A DNA stretch of 64,000 nt, taken from contig JAQGDQ010000125.1 of assembly GCA_030141605.1 (NCBI GenBank), positions 248,001 through 312,000 on the forward strand. Reading direction: 5' to 3'. Shown piece after piece: positions 35,518-50,454 of the stretch. The stretch is from Tubiluchus corallicola (Eukaryota > Animalia > Priapulida). Both the position numbers and the translations under genes were made by a program. How positions within the stretch are numbered: the stretch's first letter is position 1; each line of letters starts with the position of its first letter. The notes beneath the pieces were generated by a model, which ran no database searches, was not told where the DNA came from, and was given only the letters and a program-made list of their open reading frames with translations.

Positions 35518-38500
35518 ATGTATATCTCTCTCTATCTCTCTCTCTCTCTTTACGCGGGGGGAGGGGGTTACGTCCTCATACGCTACGCTACACATAAATA
35601 GTTTAATGTATGCATAGTATATTTCATGTAATTAAATTGTGTGCCTTAATCATGAATAGCGGTAATTTGCCTTACTTACACTATTTAATATTCCTTTTCA
35701 CACTCGTAATAGCCAACAGGGCGTCACGTGAACGCAAGAAGTGTCGGAAGATAGTCGCATAAAAAGTTGAGCAACTCTTTTATCCGCCATCCCGCTATCA
35801 TTTGACGAGTCGGATGTTAAATTTTCCTGTTTACACGACATCCGACACAATCCGATTTTGTCGGATCGTGTAATCGGGCAAAGAAGCGCTCTAAGATATT
35901 GAGTAATGGCCTTTTGAATACAAAAGCAAATTGTACTAGTTCAGTGTCCTTTGCTGATATTTCGTGGGCATGAAATCGATATCTTCCATAATCGGTCACT
36001 GTTAATTTTTGCACAAATTTGTTTCCTTGACTTTTTCTCCTTAGAGCTAAGCTGTAATGTAATTCCCCATCAATCGATGTAAAAATGGTAAGAGCGTTTG
36101 AAGAAACATCTCTGTTAAGTAACTCTTTCCTTTAGTGAGTTCATAATTAGGCGTGTATTATACTTTAGTTGAGCTGGGTTTGGTTTATGAATCAATTGTC
36201 CTACATTTTTAGATTCCTTTATTTGAACAAAACTCGGCATCTTACTTTGCCTCAGAACTTGGGACCTGTATCAATCAATAGCTATTTAATCTGTAATTAG
36301 CTTTCGTGACTTATTTCATTGTTACTCGTTAAAGATTTAACTTTCGGTATCGATTCTTGCAAATTGCACGCTAATAGAAATTTTGAATTTGAACTTTACT
36401 AGATTACGATATTTGCTATAAAAATGGTTAGTCGCGCGTTTGTTGAGTGTTCTTCCGTTTTGCTTGCGTCATAAAGCATCATATGGTCTCATCAGATATC
36501 TGATCCGTCATATTCACCCCAAGCAAATAAATGTGAACAGTGAACCATGTGAACACTGAAGTGCGATCATTAATGTTTTTTGTATTTTTGCAGGTAGCGG
36601 AATATGGCTTCTTATAGCTACATTTCTCAGCCTGCCAGTATCTGGAACACACAGCATAGTCGGCGCGACGATGGGCTTCTCTATTGTAGCTCATGGTTTG
36701 ACGGGTATTAATTGGACAACGTTAGGACTTATCAGTATGTATCTTAAGATACGGTTTCGCATGTGATCATTCTTTTACAATTGCTGCACACCTAGATTAT
36801 TTGATCCACCCATTATTTGGTGTTCTCTGTATACGCTCAAGTTCTGTTTTTACAAATTTTTCAAGTTAAATTATTTGTCTGGTATGTTCCAATTAATCTT
36901 TCCACGGTAACTTAACTATGTAACTTCACAAAACTAGGTGTTTCACAAGGTATATTAAATAGTGTTCACTGAAATGTAGAGTTCACTGAAATATGGTGTT
37001 CACTGAAATGTAGTGTTCACTGAAATGTAGTGTTCACTGAAATGTTAGTGTTCACTGAAATGTAGTGTTCACTGAAATGTAGTGTTCACTGAAATGTCTT
37101 TATCAATGGAAATTGATGACCTTCTGGCATAAAACTGATCTTGTCTGTAGATATGCTACATTTAATGCTAGAATTTTATGCTAGTTACTGTATTGCTTGT
37201 CTGCTGCATTGCTTCTTTAGTCTAAGATTTTTGTGCTAGCTTGTGCTACATGACAACTCATGACAACCTGATGAAATTCAGGGCTCAACTCACCAGCTAA
37301 ACACCTAATTCGCTTACTAGGCTAGTCTTCCACTGTCAGTATGGTCGTTTACAATGTGATGTTGGGAGAAAAACCTTGGAACACTATTTTTAAACCATTT
37401 TCCTCGCCTTGTAGGTCTGCAGGAATTAGAGCAAACTGCAGCTGGAGCGAACAAGCCCACTCAGATTTTTTTGGGTAGACGGTTGTCACTCAGTCTGGTA
37501 CAGGTTGCAATGAGTATATCTCGCAATCTGAAGAGAAGTTTTCCACTTAAACTAACATTGAGTTAGCCTTGAATTTCAGTGTTTGACAGTTTGTGTGCTA
37601 AAAATTTCCTGAAAGCGATGATCTAGTAGATCCACCAGAAACAAAAACCACCATGTGGATGATTCTGGTGAGAGGCAAGCAGTGGCAACCATCCTAGTTT
37701 TGAACTATAAAGCACTCGCGGATTATATTATAAAACTGTTGTTTTATTGATTTTTGCTTTCTATTCACCTGAATAATGAGATGAATCAATTGATATGTAT
37801 CGGTATTGAACAATTCTAGAGCAAGTTAAATTTATGTAACGCAATTAGAGTTGGACAGAACTTTGAATTATGTAGTAATAAATACTAATAATACGAATTC
37901 TGACGCAGTAATTAATTGTAATTATTACTATGCTTTAGGCATTATCGGTAAGCTATTTTTCCAGCATTCGCGCATGCTCATGAATTAAGCGGATGCGGGT
38001 GGCGAACGTGGCAACGTGTCAACTCAAAATTACAGAGACTGCGCAAATGCGCGGTTGTCGGTTTGTCGTCCGAGAACTAAAACGAGCGAGCTGAATAAAT
38101 AAATTGATGCCAACTTTTGCCAAATGAAAACCTTTTCATTTTTTAGAGATCGTGCGTCATACGGACAATTTATTTTTCCATAAGCATGCATATTACCAGC
38201 TGAAAACTCCGTTATTCACTGATTATCATATCTCACGAACGCGAAATAAATGTATTATGCAACAAAACCTTACTTTGTTAAATGACACTTTTACTGAATT
38301 AAATTAAGTGGAGATTTTTAAATGTATTTCCATTGGAGAACTGTAGATAAGGGACATAAGGATCGGGCCAGTTAATAGATGTTAACCTTGTAACTAGTGT
38401 TCAGTCTCATCTAGACTTTTGCACAAATTATATGAATGGGTTCCAATGTTCAACATGAGTTGCAAAATGTAAGTTTTTTGCACTTTCCTGACAAAACAGA

Positions 38501-41500
38501 GATAGCTAATGTCTATTAGACTTAAAATCTTTTAGGCTGTTTTAGTGACTTCATGTGTAACACAAGTAAACTAACAGTTAAGGAAGTATTAGACGGATTA
38601 GAAGATTTAATGAAGATTCACCATGAAGTTTTATATAGTGCCAACGTCATCGTATTGATTAGTTCTTGTAATCCGAAGATCCAAGACTTTTCCAAATATC
38701 TTTTTTGGGTCATTTTCGTTTCAAAACTTTACCTGTTTCAAGGTATATGTTTCAAATCGGGTTTACACAAATCAAGTTTACACAATTTAAGTTTATACAA
38801 TTCACGTTTACACAGTTTAAGTTCAAAATTTCAGTTTCCGAATTTTTCTGGGGGCAAAGTCAGTTATAATTTCTGAAAAGTCCATTTTTTCCAACATGTC
38901 TGACTCAATATGCATCAGTGATAAATTGTTTAATTTGTCATCCTTTAGAGATCGGTGGGCAAAAACTCACAAAATTAAACAAACTTACAAACGACGAGAG
39001 CTCCACAAAAACACGTCAGCTCAGCAGTGTAGCAACATTTAAAAGGCCCGTTCCAAGCTCAAGCCTAAGGCCCATAAAATCATAATCCGCCGCTGTCTAT
39101 ATGTCTATATATGTTGTCTTACTCTTATGTTATTTTAATGTTTAATTGTTATGTATGCCGAGTATACTATACATCAAATTATAATGTTATAATTTCGTCA
39201 TTAATTATTTTGTAAATATGTATCATATAATAACTGTAATATATTTGATGTATTTGTGAACATTAAGTGTTAACCCAATAAATTAAATTAAAATACTGCC
39301 AACCTATCAGTGGGATCAGGTTTTGAAGACTTTTGCTTTGAAATAAATATGATTCTGAGTTTTCTTTGCCACAAAGCATCAGCCACTTTTGAGCCTCACA
39401 TTATCTAATTATAGTTATAATTATAATGTATTACATTTCAGATTAATTTATCAATTTATATAAACTACATGTATTGTTTTTCATTTCATAGTTTCCTCTT
39501 GGTTTATCTCTCCGCTTCTCTCTGGGGGAATTTCCTGCATCATCTTCTACATCGTTAGGAGATACATATTGACTGCAGTAAGTAGTTATTCATATTCTCT
39601 AACAGTATAGCAGTACTTCTCAACTAATTTTGAATTGGTCATGGCATTCGAAATATTTTCATTGATCATTTTTTACTTTATTTTCACTTGGTACTTGGAA
39701 GAACAGATAATATGGAATGGTAGAAATCATTAGATTGATGGTCCATAAGCCAATATTTATTGTTGAGTTACTTTCAAATTTAACATTAATGTAGCATATA
39801 ATATTTCAATAGAAGATTAGTATCATCAATACTATACACAGTGCAGGCAGTTTTATAACATAAACTATTATGAAAGTAGCTTAAGCTATTATGAAAGCAG
39901 AATAACCTGGTGCTTACAGACAAAAAGTCAAAGATTGGTGTAAGATGAGTCTACATTGTTCATTTTAACTTCTTTTAATAACTCTGCTTGAGGACGAGAT
40001 TTCCTGTAGACCATTCAGGAAGTCATCATTGGCCTCTAGTAGTCCTTGGGCAACCAGTTGAAAAATCTTTGGTAGAGTTATACGCAGTACTCCTTGTAGG
40101 AGTACAGCTGTTTATCAGTAGGTTTTCTCAATCTATACGCACTGTAGTCTACCTAAATTCTCTCCCTGCTCTAAGGATTGGACTCCATTCCTAGCCATTG
40201 CTTCTTTTGTTAAAAATTTGAAAAAGTGGAATGTTGTTAATAATTGTTCTGACATATATAGGGCAATATAACTATTGTCCAAAGCACAACTGTAATTTTT
40301 TGTATCATTGCTCTTTATGGGTATGGTATGTGTATGGAATTTGTGAACAAAATATGCAGTGCAAGCAATTAATGAAAAAAATAGAAGTTGGCTTCTTAAA
40401 TTGTAAGGTACTTACTAGAGACCATTTTCTCTTTGCCTAGTTTTTCTGCTTAGATCCTAAATTTATTCCTTCAATACAAAATGTTTGATTTGCTGCATGT
40501 GATGTATAATTATTATTTAGCAAACATTGAATTTTCACACATTAGAGAGATTGGTTTGTGAAGTCGTAAGTCTCTCAATTTGCATCGCATTCTCGTGGTC
40601 TTTTGGTATACTGTGCTGTTTGTGATAATTTGGTTCAGACGGTTTTGTCCAGTAGACAAACGTTTTGTGTTGTGTCCTGTCTTGCCACATCATTAATGGA
40701 AGTGATTCATCAACTTGTGTTTCTCATTTCTATTTTTTCCATTGCCTGGCCTGTATCAGTTATTATGGCATCATTTGGGTGATCAGAGTTACAGGAACAT
40801 CAGCCTCAAGTTTAAATTTTGAAGAGGCAATAATTTCTTATCATTTGTTTCAGTGATGTATTTGTTATTACTGAACTTTTGTGCAAGACCTACATTTTGG
40901 TGAGCTATCAAAGCAAAAAAACTTGTATTTCTAAAACTTTAACGACAGCTGTGCTCTACATTTCAGGAAGAAAATTTTGCCCTGTATAATTTATAGTAGT
41001 GCAGAATCTCAGCTTAGGCCTTCGATGTTTTCAACTATGATCATGTGAAAATTTAGTGTCGTTGACCCTGTTTATCAAGTTGCAAATAACTAAATCATCC
41101 ATAGTTACATAACTGTTTCACTTATTAAAGTATCAAAACAATAAGCAGTATATATATAATCACATAGTTTTTACTAGTTGCACGTTAATGAACTGATAAA
41201 AATAAACTATACTTTTTTCATTGCAGCAGGATTCTTTAGAGTCCGGACTTAGATTCTTACCATTCTTCTATGGAATTACTATCCTCATTAACTTCTTTTC
41301 TATTTTCTACAAGGGTCCTCAAAGTGAGTATTTTAATTACTCTACTGATCCTTTTTTTGTTTTTATGCTTTTCTACATTTAAAATGAAGATTAGATGCTT
41401 TAAACAGTTAAGTGAGTAATCATTACAAATTTGTGTTAACTAAAAAATTTGATGCAAACTGTTATTCAACCCCTTTACTTAAAAATAGATGTTGTCTACT

Positions 41501-44500
41501 AACATTGTTGTACGTGTATGGTATCAATTTTGGAATACATAATAATAATAATTTTTAGTTCAACAGTGCTGAATTTACGCAATATATATGTTTCCAGCAT
41601 CAGGTGAATGACAATTATTGCTGTATAACTCGCAATGTTCCTCTTGTTTATAAGCAAGTAGAAATGTTAGCTTGCTTTCAATATTCCAGTGATATTACAC
41701 AAAACGTAGAAAACTAAATCTATCGAACCCTTCTTTATTAAAACGTGTAATTTGCCAACTGAACATTGGCAGAACATGTGAAAATTCAGGTAAAGTTGAT
41801 TACAATGATATAAAAAGTTAATTTGGGTTTTTAGCTTGTTTGGTGACAGCATAACACTGTTTTATGATGCCTAGTTTCAAAAGAACCAAAGTTTCTGAAA
41901 TAGCCATCTAATAAACTGCTTTACGTACTTCCAAAAAACTTTTATTTCATAAGTTACATTTGATAATGCCCCCCCCCCCCCCCCCCCGTTAAGCAGGTGC
42001 AATATTGTAAGACATTGTTATTTTCAGTGCTGCATTTTGATAAAATACCATTCTGGGGATCTATCTTGCTAAGTGTTGGAGGAGGAGTATTGACAGCTGT
42101 CTTCATCCACTGTATTGTATCACCTCGCTTACGTCGCAAAATTCGCAGTAAGAAGTGATACTCATTAGCTGTAGCTTTTTGTTTTGTGGTGTAAGGTTCA
42201 CAAGTAGTGAGTGAACTTTTCTCACCTGCTAACTCTGCTGATCAAAATCACTGTAGAAGTGAAATAAGGGCTGCCTGATTAATTTGTTTATTTTGGCAGT
42301 AGTCCAGCTTTACCAGTCTCACAAACATCTGGGTAGAATGAAGCTAAGCGTAAGTGGACGTCATACTAGAGCCCACTCACGAACTAACATTAAAATATCA
42401 TTGGATGCAATTTAAAAAACATTTGACGTAACTCATTGGGTTTAAGGGGTTTGAATTTTCCTGTAGCCTTGTCTTTTATTGTTTTGGGATGTGTCCTTCA
42501 CCTGAGAAGGTGTATAAATTAATAGTGAGCCTGTTTACAACTTTATCAAGCACCAACCTAGATAAAAACTGTGTCTGGACTTTTGACTATAACGCATTTG
42601 CTTAAGAACACACAAAATCACATATTATTTGGTATTCATTATCAATGATTATCATAGTCATAATTATCATAGTCATGAGCTAATATTTATTGCCATTATT
42701 GACCTATTAATGCAAACAGTTTCTATCTGTATATTATATACTGGCCTCAAATATTTTGCTGGTGTTATATGTATAATAGATTGAACTGAGGAAAAGTATG
42801 TTGTGATGACTTGATGTGGACTCATTACAGGTCTACATCAGGCTGGTTTAGTCTTTTCAAAATATTAATGTGTCATCAATCACGATAATTATGTAAAAGA
42901 TGTGATTTTATGTCTTTTGAATGTAACGTAAGTGGCATAATGTACTTTTTGTATTTTACTGACATTCTTTTTAAAGCAAGATCCTTAATGTGTACTGAAG
43001 TGATTTATTGCACACTATTTCGTAAATAAATTAAGCTTTTTGCTGCATACTTAACATTTGTTTGAAAATTAACGTGAAACAAACCATTTCAGTCATCAGT
43101 TAAACAATAAGGAGAAAATAATAAAAAAATGTATATTGACAGAAGATGAAAGCTTATTTAAGGATAAAGTTATTCTGATTGTCTTTCAGAGCTCCAGGTT
43201 GGTCCAAGGTTACTTCTGTCAGACCCTGTTTACCTTATATTTATGTTTGGTACCACATATATGAAAACCGGTTGTTACGTCCGATCCTATCAGTGCTGCC
43301 TAGAATTATTGGCTAACAGCCAATCTTTTCATGATTTTATTTAACGTATAAAATTATACATCTTAACAAGTCTGCACATACTACACTAAGTCTAGTTTCA
43401 CACTGCATTATAAGTTTGGAGAAATGAAAGTTTGCAACTATTTGTTTCTGGCATCTTTCTCGCCTGCACTTGTAATACATTTTTCAAGCTAGAAGTAATT
43501 TACCTAGAGTAGACTTTTACCTAGACATACCTGGTTGAACAAGATTCATCAAAAGAATTAATAGATTAATAACTTAGCCCTTTCATAGGTGCTCACTTTA
43601 TAGCAAAATTGCCTAGAGTGGCAAGTAGTATTAATTGAAATGATCAAACCTTATCAAGTACGATACAGCTAAATAATATCTTAATATCAGCTGCCACACA
43701 GAAGCATTCAATGTTATGATTAATTTGCGTGACTAAATAAACTGAGGTTAATAAACTGTAAAAGACTTTAATTCCAATTATCATAAACAATTTCATCAGT
43801 GAGTTGGTGATGCTGGTGATAAATGTTTACAGAAATTAAATAGAAATAAATGAGTAGTGTGGCTGGGTCAACAAGAAGCTGATTAACCTTGTTTACGGTG
43901 CTTGAAAATCTTCAGACTATGACACTGAATTTGGCTCTTAGTTTCATTTTTTTGGTTTTTCTTAATTCTGTGGCTAAAACATTTTCCGTAATTGCCAAGC
44001 AACAACACAAAGTAATTAACAAAGGCATAAATGGAAAAGATGAGTAAAACAGATAGTTCAGATGATTACCTTAACTGTGATATTATGTACCGGGAATTCC
44101 TTGTTCAAACTTATCAGAACTGCTTGTAATTGTGTACCATCGTTCATATTAATTTACATAATATTATGCGATAAAATTTCCATAATTAGACCAGTTTACA
44201 TAATTTTTTTGCATTTGCAGGAGAATGTGTGTATACCAGAAAGCAAACAGAGATCAGTTTGTTGGAAAATGTCACGGAGAATGGAGACATTATAGCAACG
44301 CACGGTTCGCAGGGTAATTGCAGTTTTGCAGTGTTTTTACCACTGTTTCATGGGAGTAGTAATTTACACATTTTAGCTCAAGTATAAAAATAGTATGCAT
44401 TCAGCTGCGCATAACTAATTATTATATGATATAGCAATTTGTCCTGAATATATTACATAAGAGATCATGCATTGGATTACACACTATACAATACTGCATA

Positions 44501-47500
44501 AGTTATGCAAGTTTAGATGTGATACCTTTCTTTTCTGAAATAATTATTGACTCATACTTTTCAATATGTCACATAATCTGCATAAATGGAAAGAGAATGA
44601 TGCAGCCTTGCACTATAAACTGTTGCTGTCTAAGAATGACATATTGATCAAAGTAATCTATTTTTTTCATCTTTTTAATAAATTGTCCGAAGGTTACATG
44701 TTTAAATTAGGTGGACTAACATGTGTAAGGACTGTGTGCAAGAAAGGAATGGTCATATACTAAAATATTTGTAATCTTGTGCAGTGATCTACCACTCCTT
44801 TGAAAGATGGCATGATGTTACCATTACTGAGAAGTTTAAAACAAACTTCCATAATAATGTTCTTACAAGCAAAGTGGAAGTAAAACATCACACTAATAAA
44901 ATTAACAATTTACATGAGTGATCCATTTATGTTCTTATAAGCAAAGTGGAAGTAAAACATCACACTAAATACACAATGATGATGTTTTTTTTGCTTATGG
45001 ACTGCTAAATCACAAGATTCTTCGAGTGAATTTGACTTAACCAAGGAAGCAGTCATATTTAGTTTTAGTTACAGTTGTTTCTTCTTCTAATCAAATGTAA
45101 ATAAATATTTATAAATGCAGGTAAATATGCAGCATGCTCAACTGAAATAGGCTATTGATCTGTTTAGAGTATAGTAGAGTGCCAGAGCATGAATGGTAGG
45201 CCTTGAAATGTAATTTAAGACCGACTTTGTGAGTTTATTTTTGTATGTTTTTTCTTGCTACACAAATAATCATTTTTTGTTTTAGTGTAGGTGGTAAACT
45301 ACTGGAATTTAATTTTGCAAGTTATTATTATAGGAGAAGTTTTCGTTTTGTTGTTTTATAAGAACCGTTTTACCAAATGTCTAAATTTCTGTGGGCTTGT
45401 TGACTTTTTAGCAGTGTGCTTATTTTGTTAACTGTCTACATATTTTGGTTGAAAATCTGGCAGGCACAATTCAGGATCAAGGCTCTCTGTTGGAAATTAA
45501 AGCGAAACTGAAGCAAGAAAGCCAGCGCAGAGAAAGTGGGTGTAAGGAACCAGACTTGGATGAACTGAAGAATGCTAACGAAACTGCGGAAGACGCGAAC
45601 AGTAATGGGAGGAAAAATACGGTGAAGTTTCAGCTGACAACTGAAGGAGAGGAAATTCAGGCTAATGGATGCACCAAGGTGAATGAGTATGATTTACAAT
45701 GTTGCTTATGGCAATTTTCATCATCCATAAATTAATATAACAGTAGTTAAAAATTGCATCAGACAGTAAACTAAGCAGTTTTTTGAAACGCCCGATGGTT
45801 TATTTTTCTGCAAGAATAATCTGTTCTATTCATCTTTTTTATATTTTTTTTTTCAGTTTAGTTCATGAAAAATTTTCTAATGTACTTTTCTAATGTCTCT
45901 GTATAAAATAAAATACTAAAACGTGGTTAGCATGACAGCACAGCTTTCCAGAATCAGACAAATATCCCATTGTGTGGTTGTACTATTGTATTTTTACGTT
46001 TGCTTAACTTATTATTAAAAAGTCTTATTTTGACTGCATATAATGCACTTGATTTCTGTAGTAACAATTCTGTTTGTAATCTGTTTCATCTTTAGTACAC
46101 TTAGCTTCAATTTTAAGTTTATCTTGACTATATATCAGGTTAGGAATTTCTCTGTTCGTCCACATTTCAGCTTTTGATTTTGTTTTGAAATGTTTGATTA
46201 GCGCTGCCACTGTATGCTCAAATTTAAGTGACTATATATATTTATGTCACTTTAGGTGACTATACTAGGTATCAGTATCACTAGAGGAATAAACACTTTC
46301 TCACTTTTCACTGTTTAATAAGCCTGCATATTCACTTTTACCATTTCTAAATGACTTGATTATAATTGAGGCATTTTAATTTTTCAATTTTGGCCGTATA
46401 ATCTTCTGTGTACAGTATATTAAGGAATGATCAGATAAACTGGTGTCAATTACACCTTGTTGGGATACTTCATCAGTAACATTCGCTAAACTATGAACAA
46501 GGATAATACTAGTTGAGCTGGTAACTCGAGTAGGTTTATCTTAGTCGAAAGGTAGACGAAAAGTAAATTATTACTTAGCTTGCATCTAGGCTTAATATAA
46601 TGATCTTATTATGGTCTTATATTATTATTTTTGTCTGATTAATTGTATCAGAAAGTCTGTAAAATGGAGACCTGAATTGGAATCCAAGTATTTCCTTTAT
46701 CGTTTTAAGCTTTAAAAAATAGTAGCCCTATTTTCAATTTTTTCGAATATAGGGTACTCAGAAAGGTCAAAATATTTTTAAATAGTTTGTTTAGTTAGGA
46801 ATGTTTTAGTTATTATTACTTACAGTGTAACTATATGGAAGGGATAGTGAAGCCTTAAAGCAATGCTCTCCGTTTTTTTGGTAACTTGCAGTACAAGTAT
46901 GTTGAGAACTACAGTGTGTTAAAACTGGGCCAAATGTGATTATTTATGGTAGTACATCCTGCTTGAGTGCACTTGGAACATCTGCGCTGCACTTCCTATA
47001 TCTAAAATAATTCGCCAACATCGACATTGCAATTACAGTGTATGTGACATATATAAATATGAGAAGTTTCCTCAAAGAACTAATGTTTTATTCAAAATTA
47101 GATTTAATTTTATTTTAAGACGTACGTTTTTTGTCTACTTGAAATGCTTGCTTCTTTGTTTATATATAAACTTTTTACTTCTGAGGAGTAATTTATTAAT
47201 TTTACATTACACGTACACACACATTATTAATTTAATTCATAACAAAATGTATTATTTTCCAGCTACCAACTTTGTATGAACAAGGAGATGGACTGACTTC
47301 ATTAAAGACGAAGGTAGTTGGACTCAAGAGTCCATCATACACACCACTTTTAAGCACAGGTAGCATTTCCATTTATATGCATTATTCTTTTAGGTTGGAT
47401 GATTAGTAAGAAACTGCATCAGTCAAACTAAACAAATATGTGCAAAATGTCAGTTTTTTACACTTGTTATAGCTTTGGCTGATTGTGTTTAAACAGCAAA

Positions 47501-50436
47501 TTCTGTGCTGTTGCAAAAATAAATGCATTTTTGAGATGACTGCTATATAATATTCTTTGCATTCAACCAAAAAAAAACAAAATGGAATGCAGCAAGTTAA
47601 ATTTTTAAATCATATTTTCACAAAACTTTCATTTAACTGAATACCATAATTCTAATATTATTATGCACGAAGTCTTCACCTATTTACAGCTGCAACTTGT
47701 AATGCTGAAATTCGTATTGCATACATACCACTTTTATAACATGACTAAGAAGTCAAATGCCCTTTTTACTTTTAAACAGATTATTTATTTCACTAGATTA
47801 ACTAGAGTTTCTGAGTAAATAGCTAGTAATGATGTCAATTATCAGTGTAATATAAGAAATTCAAATTCAGAAATTCATGTTCCCATATTATCTGGGACAA
47901 GCAGTACAATTGCATTTGTATTCGTCCATTTGGAGCTGAAATTTCAGTTAAAAAGCAGAAACAGATAAAAAATGATTGTTATTGTAGTTCTTGAATTTAT
48001 TTTACTATCAGTAATTCTTTATTCAAAACTTCAGGAAGTTCTGCTGCAACACCAGTTGGCACTCCACGAGTTACTCCTGGCCAAACTCCGACTGGAAGCG
48101 CTGTACCAAGTCGAACTGGTTCTGACTCTAACTTGATAGCTTTGGTGAATGGTAGTCCAAATAACAGTAAAATAAGTGTAAGTACATAACTTATAAATTC
48201 TGTTCTTAGATTTTACTGAACAGATTATTGCCCAAGTAAATACGAGACAATATTTCGTTCAGAATGTTCTAAGCATTTTGTCAAAACAGTACATTATTAG
48301 AAGACTTTTTATTGACAAGGTATTAAAAAAACGCGATCCTGTGTCATCACCAAAATTAAAGTGAGAGGTTCAATTTTACAAGTATCTTAAACAATAATAA
48401 TAACAATTGTAATTTTAAGTAATCACACATTGTAATCGTTTGATTTCATTCTTCAAAAATGTCTGAGTTTCATAAAGATTTCAGTGCTACAAAAATTTAC
48501 TGTTTTGCATTGGAATAGCTTGATGTGTCAGTAACAATCACTGAAAGTATTCATGAGCTGTTGATCCCTTATTGCAGAAAAAGGAGAAAAAGAGTGCGGA
48601 AGAATTAGCCAGGGAGGCCATCCAGCATGATTCACCTGAAGCTCATCTTCTGTTTACATTTTTGCAAATACTCACTGCCACCTTTGGTTCTTTTGCACAT
48701 GGAGGCAATGATGTCAGGTGATCACTTTTTTCTACTGTGAAATCATTAGCATCTTAAATCTGTTATTGCATTTACAGTGTTGTAAAAGGATAGTTTAGAA
48801 AGTTCTAGAATGTACACTTCTGGGTGTTTTGACACCTTGGATATTAATATGGACCATCCACAACTGAGTACATTAATATGTTAGGTGGACTCATACTGAC
48901 CAGAACAGGAAATTCCCTTAAGAAGTTCACAGAAATGAATGGATTGGCCTCTGTATACTTGTTTTCTGAGTGTTTCATATATACAGCTGTAAAAAGGACT
49001 AAGTGATCCTTAATTTTGTGCTGAATGAGTTTCGTATAACTTGATGCATTTAACTTGATGCTAATTTTGTTTTGTTGTTTTATGCTGTTAATATTTTGCT
49101 TTATTATTAATGCTTTGATGTATCAACTGACACTGACCTGACCATGTGCACATAACTGATGCCTGAATAAAAGTGCTTATTTTTTTCTGTTACCAATTTG
49201 TGTGCTGATGTAATAGTTGTTCTCTACAGGTTGTACATTTCCACGATGTTTTACTTATCAAATCTCATAGTATTATTCGTAATATTGCAAGTGATTATTC
49301 GTAATGCTTGTTTGCAGCAATGCAATTGGTCCAGTGATAGCAGTGTGGTTGATAGCCACAGAAGGTCACGTAATGCAAACGTCTGAAACACCTATATGGA
49401 TCTTGTTTTATGGCGGTGCTGGAATCTGCTTAGGACTGTGGATATGGGGTCGTAGAGTCATAAAAACAATGGGTGAAGATCTTACTCCTATAACACCATC
49501 AAGTGGCTTTACCATTGAGCTTGGAGCAGCTCTTACTGTGTTATTAGCTTCCAATCTTGGTATACCAGTTAGTACAACACACTGCAAGGTAAACCAAGGC
49601 TTTGTTTACTATTCATACTTTTGTGCTAAGCAGTTGTATTTTCTCAAGGTAATTTATATGAATAACAATAATTACATGCATGTGTTTAATATGCTGTAGC
49701 ACTTCTGATCAACGATATCCTTAGAAATGTGGAATGGATATCTTTGGATTTCAGAAATCCATAATTTTACTGTGCATGCATCTCATTTAAATCTATGCAG
49801 CTGATTAAATCTATGTGACGGCCTAGCTACGACACTGTACGCACATGAATTGTATTGTGACTTGTAATCAGTTGTGGTCACAGTGAAGTGTCTATATGGG
49901 GCGGGCACAGAAATCTTTTCAAGTGTTTTTTATATTAAATTGATATTGGCGGGACTTTAAGAAAAACATCGTACAAAACAGGGTTTCCTAATAGTGTTTC
50001 ATAGTAACTAAATGTGATTACATATCACCGGGACATAATAAAATCACTGTACTACTGAGTTTCATTATAAGCCAAATCGTATTATAGTCGAGATGCGACT
50101 GTTATATTTTATAGTTTACAATTAGGTTTTTAGGGAATTAGCTGATACACGAAACAGTTAAATTTAATGGTGTGCTTCAAGAATACCACTAACTGATGTT
50201 TACAAATTTTTAACACATAAAGTTTATCTCTGAGTGCACTGAATTTTGTGAATGTATCAATGTTTTTTCCATTTTGTTTTTAGGTTGGTTCCGTTGTTCT
50301 TGTTGGATTCATGAGATCGAGAAGGGCAGTAGATTGGCGATTGTTCCGTAACATTGTTGTTGCATGGCTCGTCACTGTACCTATAGCTGGTGGTATCAGC
50401 GCAGCTTTGATGGCAGGCCTTCTCCAGCTTGTTTAA
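31252..50436 (+). CDS. SLC20A1: Sodium-dependent phosphate transporter PiT (SLC20A1/SLC20A2 family), 617 aa, 13 coding exons
   Basis: Phase-consistent exons 31252-31447, 32038-32139, 36594-36734, 39492-39577, 41227-41323, 42028-42147, 44221-44313, 45464-45678, 47263-47359, 48035-48177, 48578-48717, 49318-49588, 50284-50436 (1854 nt). PHO4 signatures [54 protein letters not shown]. Likely co-orthologue of vertebrate SLC20A1/2. Confidence 0.95.
35076..35880. mobile_element. PIF/Harbinger-like MITE containing a (CT)n tract
   Basis: Imperfect TIR TGCGGTTTAGACGATCCGA...TCGGATCGTGTAATCGGGCA, with TAA at the left flank and internal GTTTACACGA/TCCGA repeats. (CT)n-rich tract at ~35330-35550. Confidence 0.6.
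36960..37097. repeat. 17-bp minisatellite (TAGTGTTCACTGAAATG) x8
   Basis: Head-to-tail units with no spacers, in an SLC20 intron. Confidence 0.95.
37272..37578. mobile_element. Small TIR element (MITE)
   Basis: ~20-bp inverted termini TGAAATTCAGGGCTCAACTCA...TGAGTTAGCCTTGAATTTCA. Confidence 0.5.
38745..39095. mobile_element. Partial second copy of the 22984-23669 hAT MITE
   Basis: Near-identical TTCAAATCGGGTTTACACAA...TCCTTTAGAGAT block and 3' end AAGGCCCGTTCCAAGCTCAAGCC...ATCCGCCGCTG. Confidence 0.85.
44857..44968. repeat. 40-bp direct duplication in SLC20 intron
   Basis: ATGTTCTTA(C/T)AAGCAAAGTGGAAGTAAAACATCACACTAA at 44857 and 44929. Confidence 0.85.
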
Positions 50437-50454
50437 ATTGATGGTGATCAGCAT

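Noticed and set aside
36960-37097. Regular array with a palindromic unit (AGTG-TT-CACT), superficially CRISPR-like
   Set aside because: Units are head-to-tail with no unique spacers, in a eukaryotic intron with no cas genes. It is an ordinary minisatellite.
41969-41987. C19 homopolymer (G-quadruplex potential on minus strand) 40 nt before an SLC20 acceptor
   Set aside because: A single homopolymer of uncertain assembled length, with no other evidence of function.
48519-48577. Upstream alternative acceptor (GGAATAG|CTT) for an SLC20 exon
   Set aside because: Weak pyrimidine tract, and it leads to a frameshift and stop. The 48578 acceptor restores the conserved frame.
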